A stretch of DNA of 64,000 nt from Felis catus (Eukaryota). The first letter of the stretch is position 1; every line of letters begins with the position of its first letter. The translations under genes were made by a program, and so were the position numbers. The DNA is taken from assembly GCF_018350175.1 (NCBI RefSeq), contig NC_058368.1, positions 4,402,001 through 4,466,000 of the forward strand. The letters run 5' to 3'. Positions 52,641 to 64,000 of the stretch are shown here, in pieces. A model generated the notes under the pieces. It made no database searches and was not told the DNA's origin. It worked only from the letters and a program-made list of their open reading frames with translations.

Positions 52641-54529
52641 CCATGCTGCCTGGGGTGTTGCCACTCAACAATTGCCCCGTGTGGACGGTAACCCCCGTCT
52701 CTGTGGCCAGTCCAGAGGACAGAGAACTCCCAATCTATCTGCGGGCTCAGAGATCCCTAAGGACTGACTCCAGAGTCAGTCAGCAACACAAAGACTTCGC
52801 AATATTGTACTTTCGGTAAAAACGGAGAAGAGCAAGTCACCACCTTTTATTCAGTATCTTTTATTTAAGATTACTATCAAACTTCTCAGGGATCTCCTAC
52901 TCCTAATTAATGCTTATACTTTATAATTGACGATGTCTTTCCAAGTCTTCAAATATTCACAAGTAATTTCCACAGAACCACCACCTGGGCATCCTACACT
53001 TATAGAGTAAAGCTAAATAACAAATAAAAATCACAGAGTGAAACTCGGGAAGAAACAAACACATCTAATTTACATCACTTTCCACGAACAAAAAATTTTA
53101 ACAACCTTATATAGATGTGGAAAGCATTAATAAAAAAAAAAAAATTAGTGTTCCCTTACAAATAACCAAACCAAATCTCTCTTTGAAAAAGTTTTAGAAG
53201 AGAAATGATACGTTTTCTGTAACGATAAGGAGCAAGGTCTGAAGTTCCAGAGCCATAAAACGCACCTGTGAAATGACTACATTAAGCTATAACATATTCT
53301 GGGCACTCACTGTGTATCATAATCAAATGATGACAGATTTTGAATGACAGCTTATGTGCTTCCACAGAGAAGGAGGCCTGTGCTGAGTCTGAAATATATG
53401 TATAAAAAACAGTAGCTGACGAAGTATTAGGAGACAATCTGCTTTGTAAGTAAGACTTGAATAATGCAGAGGAACAGAAAGACTTCAGAGCTGAATACCA
53501 ATCAAACTTAAGTATATTATGATCATGATGTATGCCAACATGCTTTAATGGAGAAAAAGGCACAAAACTTATTTTCGTCCACTACCTAAATCAATCTTAA
53601 CTCTCGTGGTTAAAGCTGAGCAGCTCAAGAAGCAGCTGTAAGAGAAAAATGTTAAAAATCTGTTGAAGGGTAGGATTTGGGGGTTTTCAAAAATTACTAA
53701 TGCACACATAAAGTTGCTTGGGACACAAACATTTCTAAACGTGCTCACTTTGTTTTTTGGGTTTTCTCGTTTTGTTTTGTTTTTAGATGTCTTCACTTTG
53801 AACAGCCCTCCATATTTCTTGGGTTTACATGCAAATATAAAAATGACAGAAATAGGGTGTATTTAGGGGGGAAAACAAACATACCCACCAGTTTGCCATT
53901 ATATAATCAAAGAGGAGACTACGGAACTGGAGGAGGACTTAAATCAAGTTAACTGTCCTAAATCTTAATTTCCCATGTATCCTTCCAGATGTGCCAATAA
54001 TATGTTGACAATATGTTCAAATAAAAATGAGGAAACCTAAGAAAACCGTATGTCACCATCCCCAGTACCACTCTATTCCTTCCTTAGTTCAACATATATT
54101 TGCCGAGCACCCATCCCGGGCCAGAAACGAGCGACAACCAAACTTCCAGCCCCCGAAACACTCCATCTACTAAGAAAACCTGGAAGCTACTCCCAGGAAG
54201 AAGCCAGATTCTAGATACCACACAGAGATATTCAAAAGTTTTAAACCAGGAAGTGACCCGAGCCATACAAGTATAGGCTTTGGAGGAAGGGTAGACAATA
54301 CTAAGGCTGAGAGCGCAGGTGTTAAACCAGACGAAGAATGTGCGGGCAAATGTTGGCAAAGGCCAGGGCAGGGCGCGGACTTGAGCGTATACGGGCTTTT
54401 AAGGCGGGCAACTGAGTGAGGAGATTACTCACATTGCACGATTACTGTACAAAGTGCTCAATAAACAGTTTCTTTCTTCCTTCTCATTTATAAGGACTTG
54501 TCAAAACAAAACAAAACAAAACAACTTAC

Positions 54530-54582
54530 CTCTCTGCACGAATCACACCGCTGTAGTAGGGGGGATCCCAAGGCATTAATTC
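54530..54582 (-). CDS. MIPEP: MIPEP coding exon (probable exon 10), 53 nt: ELMPWDPPYYSGVIRAE(R)
   Basis: ttgtag|GAATTAATG...GAGAG|gtaagt; contains the PWD motif of M3A peptidases; phase 0-2. Confidence 0.96.
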
Positions 54583-55245
54583 CTACAATGGAAAAATCCA
54601 TTGCTATGAAAATTATTGACTACTTCGCAATTTTTACCAAGAATTTAGCCAGCTTATAAGATGTAAACCATTATATCAGGTAAGTTTTTTAAAGACCCTA
54701 AAAATGCCCACCTCTTTATTTTGACTTCCCTATAATCAATAAGTACAAAGGCATAAAAAAAACAATGTCCCAGAATTTGGGGGGGAAAGTAAATAATGTA
54801 CAATGTCAACTTATAAAAGTCAACATTAATAGATTAAATTAGCCATGTTGAAATTTTTCCCAACATGTAACCCACGTATTTATCCATAAAACATACTGCA
54901 AGTAAGATTAGGGCTCTAAAGGTAAGATTAGAGTTCTTTCTAAATCTAAGCAGGAAGCTTAGGGTGGATCCCCAAAAAGAAAGCAACAATTTCAAGTGTA
55001 ACGAAGGGAGAATTAACTCTAATCGTGGCAAAGAAAATATGTCATAAAGAAGCATTGTCCTAATAGTTGGTTTTGACAACTGGTACAGAATACTGACGGG
55101 GAAAAAAGCCTGAATCTGTGGAAGATCATCCTCCCCACAAACTGTCCAGGTGACAGGAGTGACTAACGGCCCAGGCTGTGAAGTCAGATTGCCTTGGCTC
55201 AAGTGTTCAATCCACATTACTGCACAATGTTGGAAGAGTCATTTC

Positions 55246-55456
55246 TTAAATGTTTATTTATTTTTGAGAGAGAGAGAGAGACAGCGCGCAAGCAGGGGAG
55301 GGGCAGAGAGAGAGAGGGAGACGCAGAATCCGAAGCAGGCTCCAGGCTCCGAGCTGTCAGCCCAGAGCCCGACGCGGGGCCCGAACCCACGAACCGCGAG
55401 ATCATGACCTGAGCCGAAGTCGGACGCTCAACCGACTGAGCCACCCAAGGTGCCCC
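55246..55456 (-). mobile_element. CAN SINE
   Basis: TSD tggaagagtcatttct / tggaagagttatttct. Confidence 0.95.
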
Positions 55457-55713
55457 TGGAAGAGTTATTTCTGCTCGCCAATGCTTTCCCATCTCCCTTC
55501 TACATGACCTGATTGCACCGCCCTGAACCCTGAGCCCGCCTCCTGCGACTCTTGCCCTCCCTCACTGCACTGGTCTCCTCCCCGTTTTCCAAGCACAACG
55601 GGCAGCTGCTCTCTCTGCTGAGAAGGCTCTGCCCTACGTGACGTGTGCGGGGCACTGCCTCGTTTCTCCCAAGGCTCTGCTCAAGTGTCTTCTTACACGA
55701 GAAGTCTTCCCGG

Positions 55714-55880
55714 AGTCAGCTAAGCATCTGACTCCTGATTTCAGCTAAGGTCATGATCCTGTGATTCGTGATTTCAAGCTCTGCGCTGACGGTGTGGAAC
55801 CTACTTGAGATTCCCCCCACCCTCTCTCTTCCCACACTCCTCACTGTCTCTCTCTTGAAAGTAAATAAACATTAAAAAAA
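55714..55880 (+). mobile_element. CAN SINE (older, 5'-truncated)
   Basis: agtcagctaagcatctgactcctgatttcagct...aataaacattaaaaaaa. Confidence 0.85.
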
Positions 55881-55889
55881 GGAATAGGA

Positions 55890-55947
55890 GGGGCGTCTGG
55901 GTGGCTCAGTCAGTGCTGACAGCTCAGAGCCTGGAGCCTGTTTCAGA

Positions 55948-55993
<46 letters not shown>

Positions 55994-56059
55994 TTCTCCC
56001 TGGCTCTCACTGTCTCTCTCTCTCAAAAATAAACATTCAAAAAAATTAAAAAAAAAAAA
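55890..56059 (+). mobile_element. Internally deleted CAN SINE
   Basis: Head joins directly to gctgacagctcagagcc; TSD aaaaaaaggaatagga. Confidence 0.9.
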
Positions 56060-56499
56060 GGAATAGGAAGGTGAATCTGAGAATTACAGAAAACCACAGA
56101 AAAATCTTAAACAAGAGAGTGACGAAGTCAGATCTGCTTTTTGGCAAAACCCCTCTAATGGCAAGTCATTCATTCATTCGTTCATTCATTCATATTTCAA
56201 ATAAGTGTTGAGTACCTACCCTATGTCTCACACTTAGCACATTGCTAAGCAGTCCAAATCAGGAGCCAGAACCAAAGGCTAGAAAAGTAGTTCAGCAACT
56301 ACAACTATGGTCTGGGTGAGAAGTAAGAATGACCTCAACCAGAACTGTGGCCATGGGCGTGGAGAGGAGAGAACAGAGTTCTCTGGAAGGTAGAATCCAC
56401 AGGATTTGGTAAATGATTATATGTGGGCAGAGAGGGGAAAAAGATAAATAACTGGAAGGGCTTGTTGGAACAGGACTGTAGGGCTAGAGATACAGCACG

Positions 56500-56590
56500 T
56501 CTCATGTGGGACTGGAGAGTTTGTATTTCTAACAAGTTCCAGATGCTGCTGCTGCTTCTGGTCCAGGGAACACACTTTGAGAACTACTGG
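56500..56590. mobile_element. MER5A-like DNA transposon fragment
   Basis: ttgtatttctaacaagttccagatgctgctg...ggtccagggaacacactttgagaactactg. Confidence 0.8.
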
Positions 56591-57754
56591 CCTGGAGCAA
56601 ATCCAGGTTCTGGCGTGGTACCGTTCACGACGAGATCAGGCATTTCACAAATATCTAGAGAATCACCTGCATACCAAATGTCTAGAGAGGATAGTTTCAT
56701 ATTAGCTTATAATAAAGGAGCTTCTGACGACGTATTTTATCTTTTCTATTTCTATATTCACCAAAATAAATTCTGGCCTATACCTAGCTTCCTAAGTGGA
56801 TGTACCTACTAAGCCAAAGTTGCAGATGACTGACCCTAGTTACTTTGCTAGACAGCTCCTACCATAAATTAACAAACCGACATGCTACTCTTGAAACTGG
56901 TGAATTTGGTAGCATTAATCTATTTCTTAGTGGCTGTATCTGAGAAACTGGAAGATAGTTTCTAAATCTGCAAGGCTCATTTCCCCTAGATGTTCTCTAG
57001 GACTTTGGCTCTAGCGGCCAGCACCAAAATCAAGAACTGCCAACGACAGGACCTATAAGAGAATAAGGCAGACAACCAGTAACCCAGTAAACGCCCTTGA
57101 ACCAAATGAGAGCGAGGGTCCTAACACCTGGAATCCCATCACTTTTGGGGGCACACCATCACTTGGGCATCCTTCTGGACATAAAGACACTTAAGTCTGT
57201 ACTATAAGATCATGCAATCGTTTAATCTTATGACTGAAAACACCACCTAAGTGTTTTAAGATGGGGTATCCTTTGAAGTCCGCATCGATCTATTTAATTG
57301 AGCGCCAGAAGTTAGCAAATAAAAAAGTAAACTGTAATGTTAACACTGATGGTTAAATTGCCACCTGCCAGATCAGTCCTCCACTGAGCTTCCTTAAAGG
57401 CTGCTTCAAACGGAGAAGCCCACTTTCCATAGAATAGAAGCAGCCTTCACACGAGTATATATGAACATACATAGCTAATATACGTTTATAGGTGTGCGTA
57501 CACGCATGAGTGTGTGTGTGTGTGTGTCTTCTATCAACTAACCAACAAAAATACTGGATTGCCGAGAAATGTCAGATTCAGACGTATGGATCAAGTATTT
57601 CAATACTTTATTCACCAAACCCAAGAATCAGAACCAAGTCCAGGGATAACAAACAAGACTATATGTACCTTCAGCATATAACAAGAAAGTTCTAGAGTCA
57701 AAAGATAAGGACCCCAGCTGATAGACTGTTTACATTATAATAAAAATATTCCGC

Positions 57755-58068
<314 letters not shown>

Positions 58069-59372
58069 TTAATAATTACATTAATAATTTTGTTTATGTA
58101 CCTTTCCGATATTCATGATAAAATCAGAAGTAATTTGTAGTGCAAATGTAAGCCAGTATCAATCCACATTTTACCTGTGTTAAAAGGGATGTCAATATAT
58201 CATTAGTAAGTTACTGCCATTTCTACCTTAAAAACATCCTAGCAGACAGATAAAGGTTTTGATAGTATTAAAGCCTGGGAAAATGAGCAATGTTACACAA
58301 ACATGCAAAGTATTCACCAGAAAACTTAAAATAACTGCTTTTTGCTACACATTAAGAAGGTAAGAGACTAACAAATAACTTTCTACAAGAAAAAACATGA
58401 ACAGAGATTATATTTAAGATTTCCATTCATATTTTTTCCCCAAAGAAAACTCTAGCTGGGCAATAATCAAATATGTGCTTAAAATTATAGAATATGAAGT
58501 TTCTGTTAGAATTAACACCTATATATATCCATAAAACTCTGAAGATATGTTTGCTCAAAATACAATCTATAGCTACAGAGAAGGGAAGAAAGAACACTAA
58601 CACTTTCCTAATAAAGCAGAGTATATTCTCAACTAACCGCATAATTAATACTTCCTTTTCATTCTATCAAAGCCACAGTGATTCACTAGATTAAAAGAAA
58701 ATTTTAGAATTTAAAATATAATCCAAGTTAGAGAGGACTGGGTGCTCAGGAGTGAATTTATAATAATAGAAAATGGAAATCTGAGATAAATTCAACGTGC
58801 TGGTGGTCAAAAGGCAAAGGAAATTCCAGGCAGCAGAATAAGGCAGCCGTGACACGCCTCCTTCTGGAACCGTCGGTCTCTGAAGGCTGCCGGAGTGTGG
58901 CCTCTCAACAAAGCACGAGAGAAGCACCGGCAAAGGACAAGTGGCACGATCAAGAATGGAAGGCAGGGCCACAACAAAGGAACTCAGATGGGGAGGCAGA
59001 TCATTCTTAAGATCAAAAACACAGCTCAATCTACCACATCCATGAGCCATGTACATTTAGGCCAAAAGAAGAGAAACACGACTTTATGAGCTTGTAATAT
59101 TGGTGGCAGGAGTCGAAAATATCTAGTTCCAAAAAGGTTTGGGAAACATTTTTTAATTACACATCAATGATGGGTTCCTAAGACAATGAACTGGTTAATC
59201 AGAGGGGACAGCCGAAGTTTTCACGACTGTCACCTTGGGAAGACAGCTATGTGCTTTCAAAGTATTCCTCATTGTTAATCCAATCTTCCGACTCGGCCAT
59301 AGATCTGACTCGATATTCCCACACTTACATTCTTAATAGGTCACCTTCAAATTTTTTCTAAATTTATATAAA

Positions 59373-59604
59373 GGCGCCCGGGTGGCTCAGTCAGTTAAGC
59401 GTCCGACTTTGGCGCAGGTCACGATCTCACAGTTCATGGGTTCGAGCCCCACATCAGGCTCTCTGCCGACAGCTCAGAGCCTGGAGCCTGCTTCAGATTC
59501 TGTCTGTGTCTCTCTCTCTCTGCCCCTCTCCTGCGTACGCCCTGTCTCTCTCTGTCTCTCAAAAATGAATGAAATGAATTTTAAAAAAATGAAAAAGAAG
59601 AAAA
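59373..59604 (+). mobile_element. CAN SINE about 40 nt from the exon 8 donor
   Basis: Head, (CT)n, A-rich tail. Confidence 0.94.
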
Positions 59605-59645
59605 ACCTACATGATACACATCTGAAGAGTAGTACAAAAACTAAC

Positions 59646-59694
59646 CTTTCAGAAAGTTTTTCTGATAGCTTCTCAAGGAACTGCATGACCGTCT
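59646..59694 (-). CDS. MIPEP: MIPEP coding exon (probable exon 8), 49 nt: (E)TVMQFLEKLSEKLSE(R)
   Basis: Minus strand ttttag|AGACGGTC...GAAAG|gttagt; peptide matches recalled mammalian MIPEP ETVMQFLEKLSDKLSER; phase 1-2 joins the next exon. Confidence 0.95.
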
Positions 59695-60897
59695 CTAAAA
59701 TGAAATCCAAAAGAAAATGTCTTTAATTACATAAAATATAATGAACGTACCTGTTAAAATTAGAATGTAATAGTCATAATCTATACACTGTAATGCCCTT
59801 AAAGAGATCATTTTCAAATGCCCTCAAAGAGATATGTCGGGGTTGCTAACATATCCTAGGCATAAGTATTTCCAAATGATGATGATCAGTTTATCAGAAA
59901 ACAAATTTAACGAACATAGTAGTAATCCAAACCCTTCGATTATACCCCAGAGGAAGGAGTGAAGGGGGAGGTTAAAAAAAAGAATCCAAATTTTCAATGT
60001 GTTTCTATCTACTCATATGTGTAAGAGAAAAAATACTTTTCTTAGACCTGCTTAATTTTGCCCGAGTTTCAAAAAAAATAGCCAGACTCTGATTTGTTCA
60101 TAAAAGCCAGTGTAATTTTGAAGCGTGAGTCACTGAAAATTAGATTTTAGAAATCAATGTTTTTCCGGAGAGCTATATTTCTTTTTTATATATAGCTGCA
60201 GAATAATCTATTCAGGATCAACACCAAAAGAAAATAAACAAAATTAGAACCTTAGAAATTTAAGCTCCGCTAGGATTTTTTTTTTAATCACTTAAAGACT
60301 TCAGCCATAGTCATTATATACTACAAACTCATAAAGGCAATATGGTACAACTGTCATTATTTCCCATGACGGGGAATTTTTCGTGTGTACTTTTGAATTT
60401 GCCACTTTCCGCCACTGATTTATGTGTAGAGTTCTCACATGCGTTTTAGAGTTTGCCACAAACACTGTTTTTATATTTTCCAGATGATCTTGTATATGGT
60501 TTTAAGTTTCTCGCCGTCTCCAATTTATCTCCTTTCTGAGTAAAATAAAAGCCTGAGAAAAGAACGGAGGTTAACCTAAACCAAGAAGCTCTGGGTTTCT
60601 TGCCACTATCGATATTTAACGGCCTTGGAAACAGTAATCTTGGAAACACTGCCCCATGTGCCATATTAAATGGTATTAGGCCTTTTAGGAAAAAAACATT
60701 ATTTCATTAAAAATGAAAGCTTATTTTAGGATATCATACCAGCTGCCATAGAGAAGTATGTTCAAGTAAGTCTGTGCGTGCTTTTATTCCTAAGTGAGAT
60801 TTTTACTCACTTTCACCCATTTTTGTTTTTCTAGCTATCTTACATGTGAAAGATCTACCTCAATCTACCTGGAAAACTGTCATATTGAAAAGAATGA

Positions 60898-61227
60898 GGG
60901 GCACCCGGGGGGCTCGGATAAGCATCTGACTTCAGCTCAGGTCATGATCTCACGGTTCATGGGTTCGAGCCCGGTGTCAGGCTCTGTGCTGACAGACAGC
61001 TCAGGGCCTGCAGCCTGCTTTGGATTCTATGTCTCCCTCTCTCTCTGCCCCTCCCCCACTCATGCTCTGTCTCTCTCTGTCTCAAAAATAAATAAACATT
61101 AAGAAATAAAAACAATAAAAACAATAAAAATAGAATAAAATAAAATAGAATAAAATAAAATAAAATAAAATAAAATAAAATAAAATAAAATAAAATAAAA
61201 TAAAATAAAATAAAATAAAATAAAAAA
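60898..61227 (+). mobile_element. CAN SINE whose tail has expanded into (TAAAA)n (~61105-61225)
   Basis: Head and body, then pentanucleotide repeat; short TSD aatgag. Confidence 0.94.
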
Positions 61228-61699
61228 ATGAGTTTGAAAGCCCCTGAAAACAAATAAATGCCTCACTGGAAAATTATTTCCTAATTCACCTGCCATATGA
61301 GTGCCCACCTTAACCTTGGTTTATATCCCTTCCCACCTCCTTCTCTCTGCTGAAAGTTCACCATTTCTTCACCACCGATTTCCAGTTTCACCTCCCTCAT
61401 AAAACCCTCAACAACTACATAGCATCTGACAAACTTCCCGAACTCCTAAAATCCTCTAGCATTGTTCTGTCTATACTTACCACTCGTTTGGCACTGAAAA
61501 GACACTGACCTGCATTACTGTTTATATTTAGATCACTGAGCTCCCCACCTAAATTTTAAATTCCTTAAGGACACAAACTCATATCCTCTGTGGCTCTGTG
61601 CACAACAGCCCAACTCTAACATACGACCATGCTAACCACCTGGCGAGCAGTGGATTTGCTCGTAATGATACCTGGCATTAGCAGCTGCAAGTCCGGTGG

Positions 61700-62920
61700 G
61701 TTGGAGAATCCACACTGCTCACCCCAGCAGTCAATCCTCGACCTTCTTTAGATTTCACATGTCCTCAGCATTTGAGTCAGCTGATCACTGTCCTCCCCTT
61801 AAGTCACTTCCTGGCGTGGCCTCCAGGACCACCCACTCTGTTCACTTTCCTCCTCTTTCACTGATGCTCCTTCTTGGCGGCCATGACTGGCTTTTCCTCA
61901 TATCCCTGACGTCTTAAACTTGGGAGAGCCCAGAGCTCAGTCCCTGGACTTCCATTCTTCTTCAAATGCACTCACTCCCCTGGACACCTCAGACAAACTC
62001 ATGCCCTAAAATACAGACCCTAATTTATCTCTCTGGCTCAGAGCCCTCTCCTCAACTCCTGCCTACTCAACATCACCATGTGAACACCAATTGGCACCTC
62101 AACTTAACTTGAACCAAACGAAGCCTCCAGGCCCCTCCCTCTTAGTTGACAGCAACTCACTATGTCTTTTCAGTTGATCAGCTTAAAAATCTTGGTTCCC
62201 CTTCAAAATGCTGTGTCTCTAGAATCTGACACCTCCTATGACTCCACTGCCACCACTTTGGTCAAGCCGCCATCTTTCTCATCACGATTACTGCAAAACC
62301 CCTTCTGACAGGCCTCTCCTCCACCCTTACCTCTCTGCAGCCTATCTCGGTGTCAGCAGGACATGACCTGCCATCAAAATGTAAGACAGATCACCCTACT
62401 TCTCTGCTCAAACCCCCAAATGACTTCCCATCTCACTCGAGGAAAAGCCCTGAACACAGCTCCCCCTTGCGTCTGCCTCCACCTCTTCCCGCTCCCCTCG
62501 CTCACTCCACTCGCCACTTTGCCCTTTTTGCTTCTCAGATGTGTCCAGCTACCTAGGGTCCTCTGCCCTTGCCGTGCCTCCTTCTGGAACTTTCTTCCCC
62601 TAAGAGCCACAGGCTTATTCCTGCACCTCCTTCAAGTCTATGCTCATTTGTCCCGCCCCCAGCCCCGTCAACTCTGTTTAAAATCCACACCCGTTCACAT
62701 TCCTTAACCCCTTCCCCATCCAGTTTTCTCTACAGCTTGTATTAACTAATAAAATACTGTGTTCTTTACCTATTTAGGTCGGTCTTATCTCCCTTACAGA
62801 AATATAAACCGCTCCAGAGCAGGAATTTCCACCTGTGTTACACACTGATTTATTTCTAGGGCCTACAATAATATCTGACACATCGTGGGCACTCGGTAAA
62901 TACTTGTCAAATCAATGGCT
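61700..62920 (+). mobile_element. L2 LINE 3' portion
   Basis: CT-rich L2 body (cagcatttgagtcagctgatcac, cctgcctactcaacatc, gattactgcaa) ending gcactcggtaaatacttgtcaaatcaat. Confidence 0.8.
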
Positions 62921-63141
62921 GATGACAGAGAACGAAGATGATGCCTTTTATACATCTGTTTGGTCTCAAACAGCCTACAAAGACCATACACTTAGGGCAT
63001 GGGTTTAGGGTTCAGCCCTGACGCTTTTTGGCACAAGAACTAACCCTGGGTTCCTATCCTATAAAGTGGATACGAACATCTACCTCACAGGGCTGTGGAG
63101 GCACTGAATAATGGCCCAGAGTAAGCATCATACTATTATCA

Positions 63142-63678
63142 CAGCGGACCCTTGAACAACACGGGTTTGAACTGTGTGGGTGCACTTACACATGGATATT
63201 TTTCAACAGATACAGTATAGTACTATAAACGTACTTTCTCTTACTAACATTTTTCCTCCAGTTTACTTTATTATAATACAGTACATAGGGGCGCCTGGGT
63301 GGCGCAGTCGGTTAAGCGTCCGACTTCAGCCAGGTCACGATCTCGCGGTCCATGAGTTCGAGCCCCACGTCGGGCTCTGGGCTGATGGCTCACAGCCTGG
63401 AGCCTGTTTCCGATTCTGTGTCTCCCTCTCTCTCTGCCCCTCCCCCGTTCATGCTCTGTCTCTCTCTGTCCCAAAAATAAATAAACGTTGAAAAAAAAAA
63501 TACAGTACATAATACATATCACGTACCAAATACGGATGACAAACCGTTTGTCATTGGTAAGGCTTCCAGTTGACAGTGGGCTGTCAGTAGTTAAGTTTTG
63601 GGGAGTCAAAAGTTACATGTGGATTTTCAACTATGTGGGGGGGGTGTCAGCACCCCTGCACTGTTCAAGGGTCAACCG
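63142..63678 (+). mobile_element. Tigger2-like non-autonomous Tc1/mariner (pogo) element, split by a SINE
   Basis: TIRs cagcggacccttgaaca ... tgttcaagggtcaaccg, followed by TA. Confidence 0.85.
63288..63499 (+). mobile_element. Young feline CAN SINE within the Tigger
   Basis: Young diagnostics; TSD aatacagtacata. Confidence 0.96.
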
Positions 63679-64000
63679 TACATAAAATAATAATAAGAAA
63701 ACATCCTAACAATCTGGTGACCACAATGACCACAGAAAAACATACAAATTGTCCTACGATCTATTTAGGAGCTAAATGGGGTGTAACAAATTGTTCAGAG
63801 ACAAGGGCGTCTAAGGGAAGTGAAAAGTGAAAAGGCTTTGTGAAAGACGTGGGTTTGGGGCTGAACACTGAAAACCGTATAGGATTTGAACAGACAGACT
63901 GGGATGGGGGAGCTGTTCCCCATGCAGGGACCGACATGAGCAAAGGGGGGAGTGAGATGTGCCTACGGCTTCGCAGAGAGCCTCGAAGGGTCAAGGGAGA

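Noticed and set aside
59695..64000. Expected preceding MIPEP exon (VREAAYKIFLYP...)
   Set aside because: Not found by eye in this interval; presumed to lie beyond the window end.

Overview
This window is mammalian intronic DNA from a felid, judged by its feline-type CAN SINEs. It lies inside MIPEP (mitochondrial intermediate peptidase, M3A zinc metallopeptidase) on the minus strand. I traced seven consecutive coding exons with canonical GT-AG boundaries and compatible phases: 49, 61, 53, 154, 78, 205 and 110 nt, probably exons 8-14 by human numbering recalled from memory. They splice into one open frame that includes the HEMGH zinc motif and the DFAEVPS third-ligand Glu. The rest is repeat-rich intron: about 42 CAN SINEs, a near-full-length ancient L1 (~36.1-42.7 kb), other old and nested L1 fragments, L2, MIR, MER5, Tigger2-like and MLT relics, and microsatellites. 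Almost all ORFs in the supplied track are repeat or GC-content artefacts. I found no convincing novel biological system. The best leads are a Gly at the normally Asp position of the M3A W-x-x-D-V motif, SINEs close to splice donors, inverted SINE pairs, and an intragenic CpG-rich segment. Repeat boundaries and subfamily names were judged by eye and are approximate.
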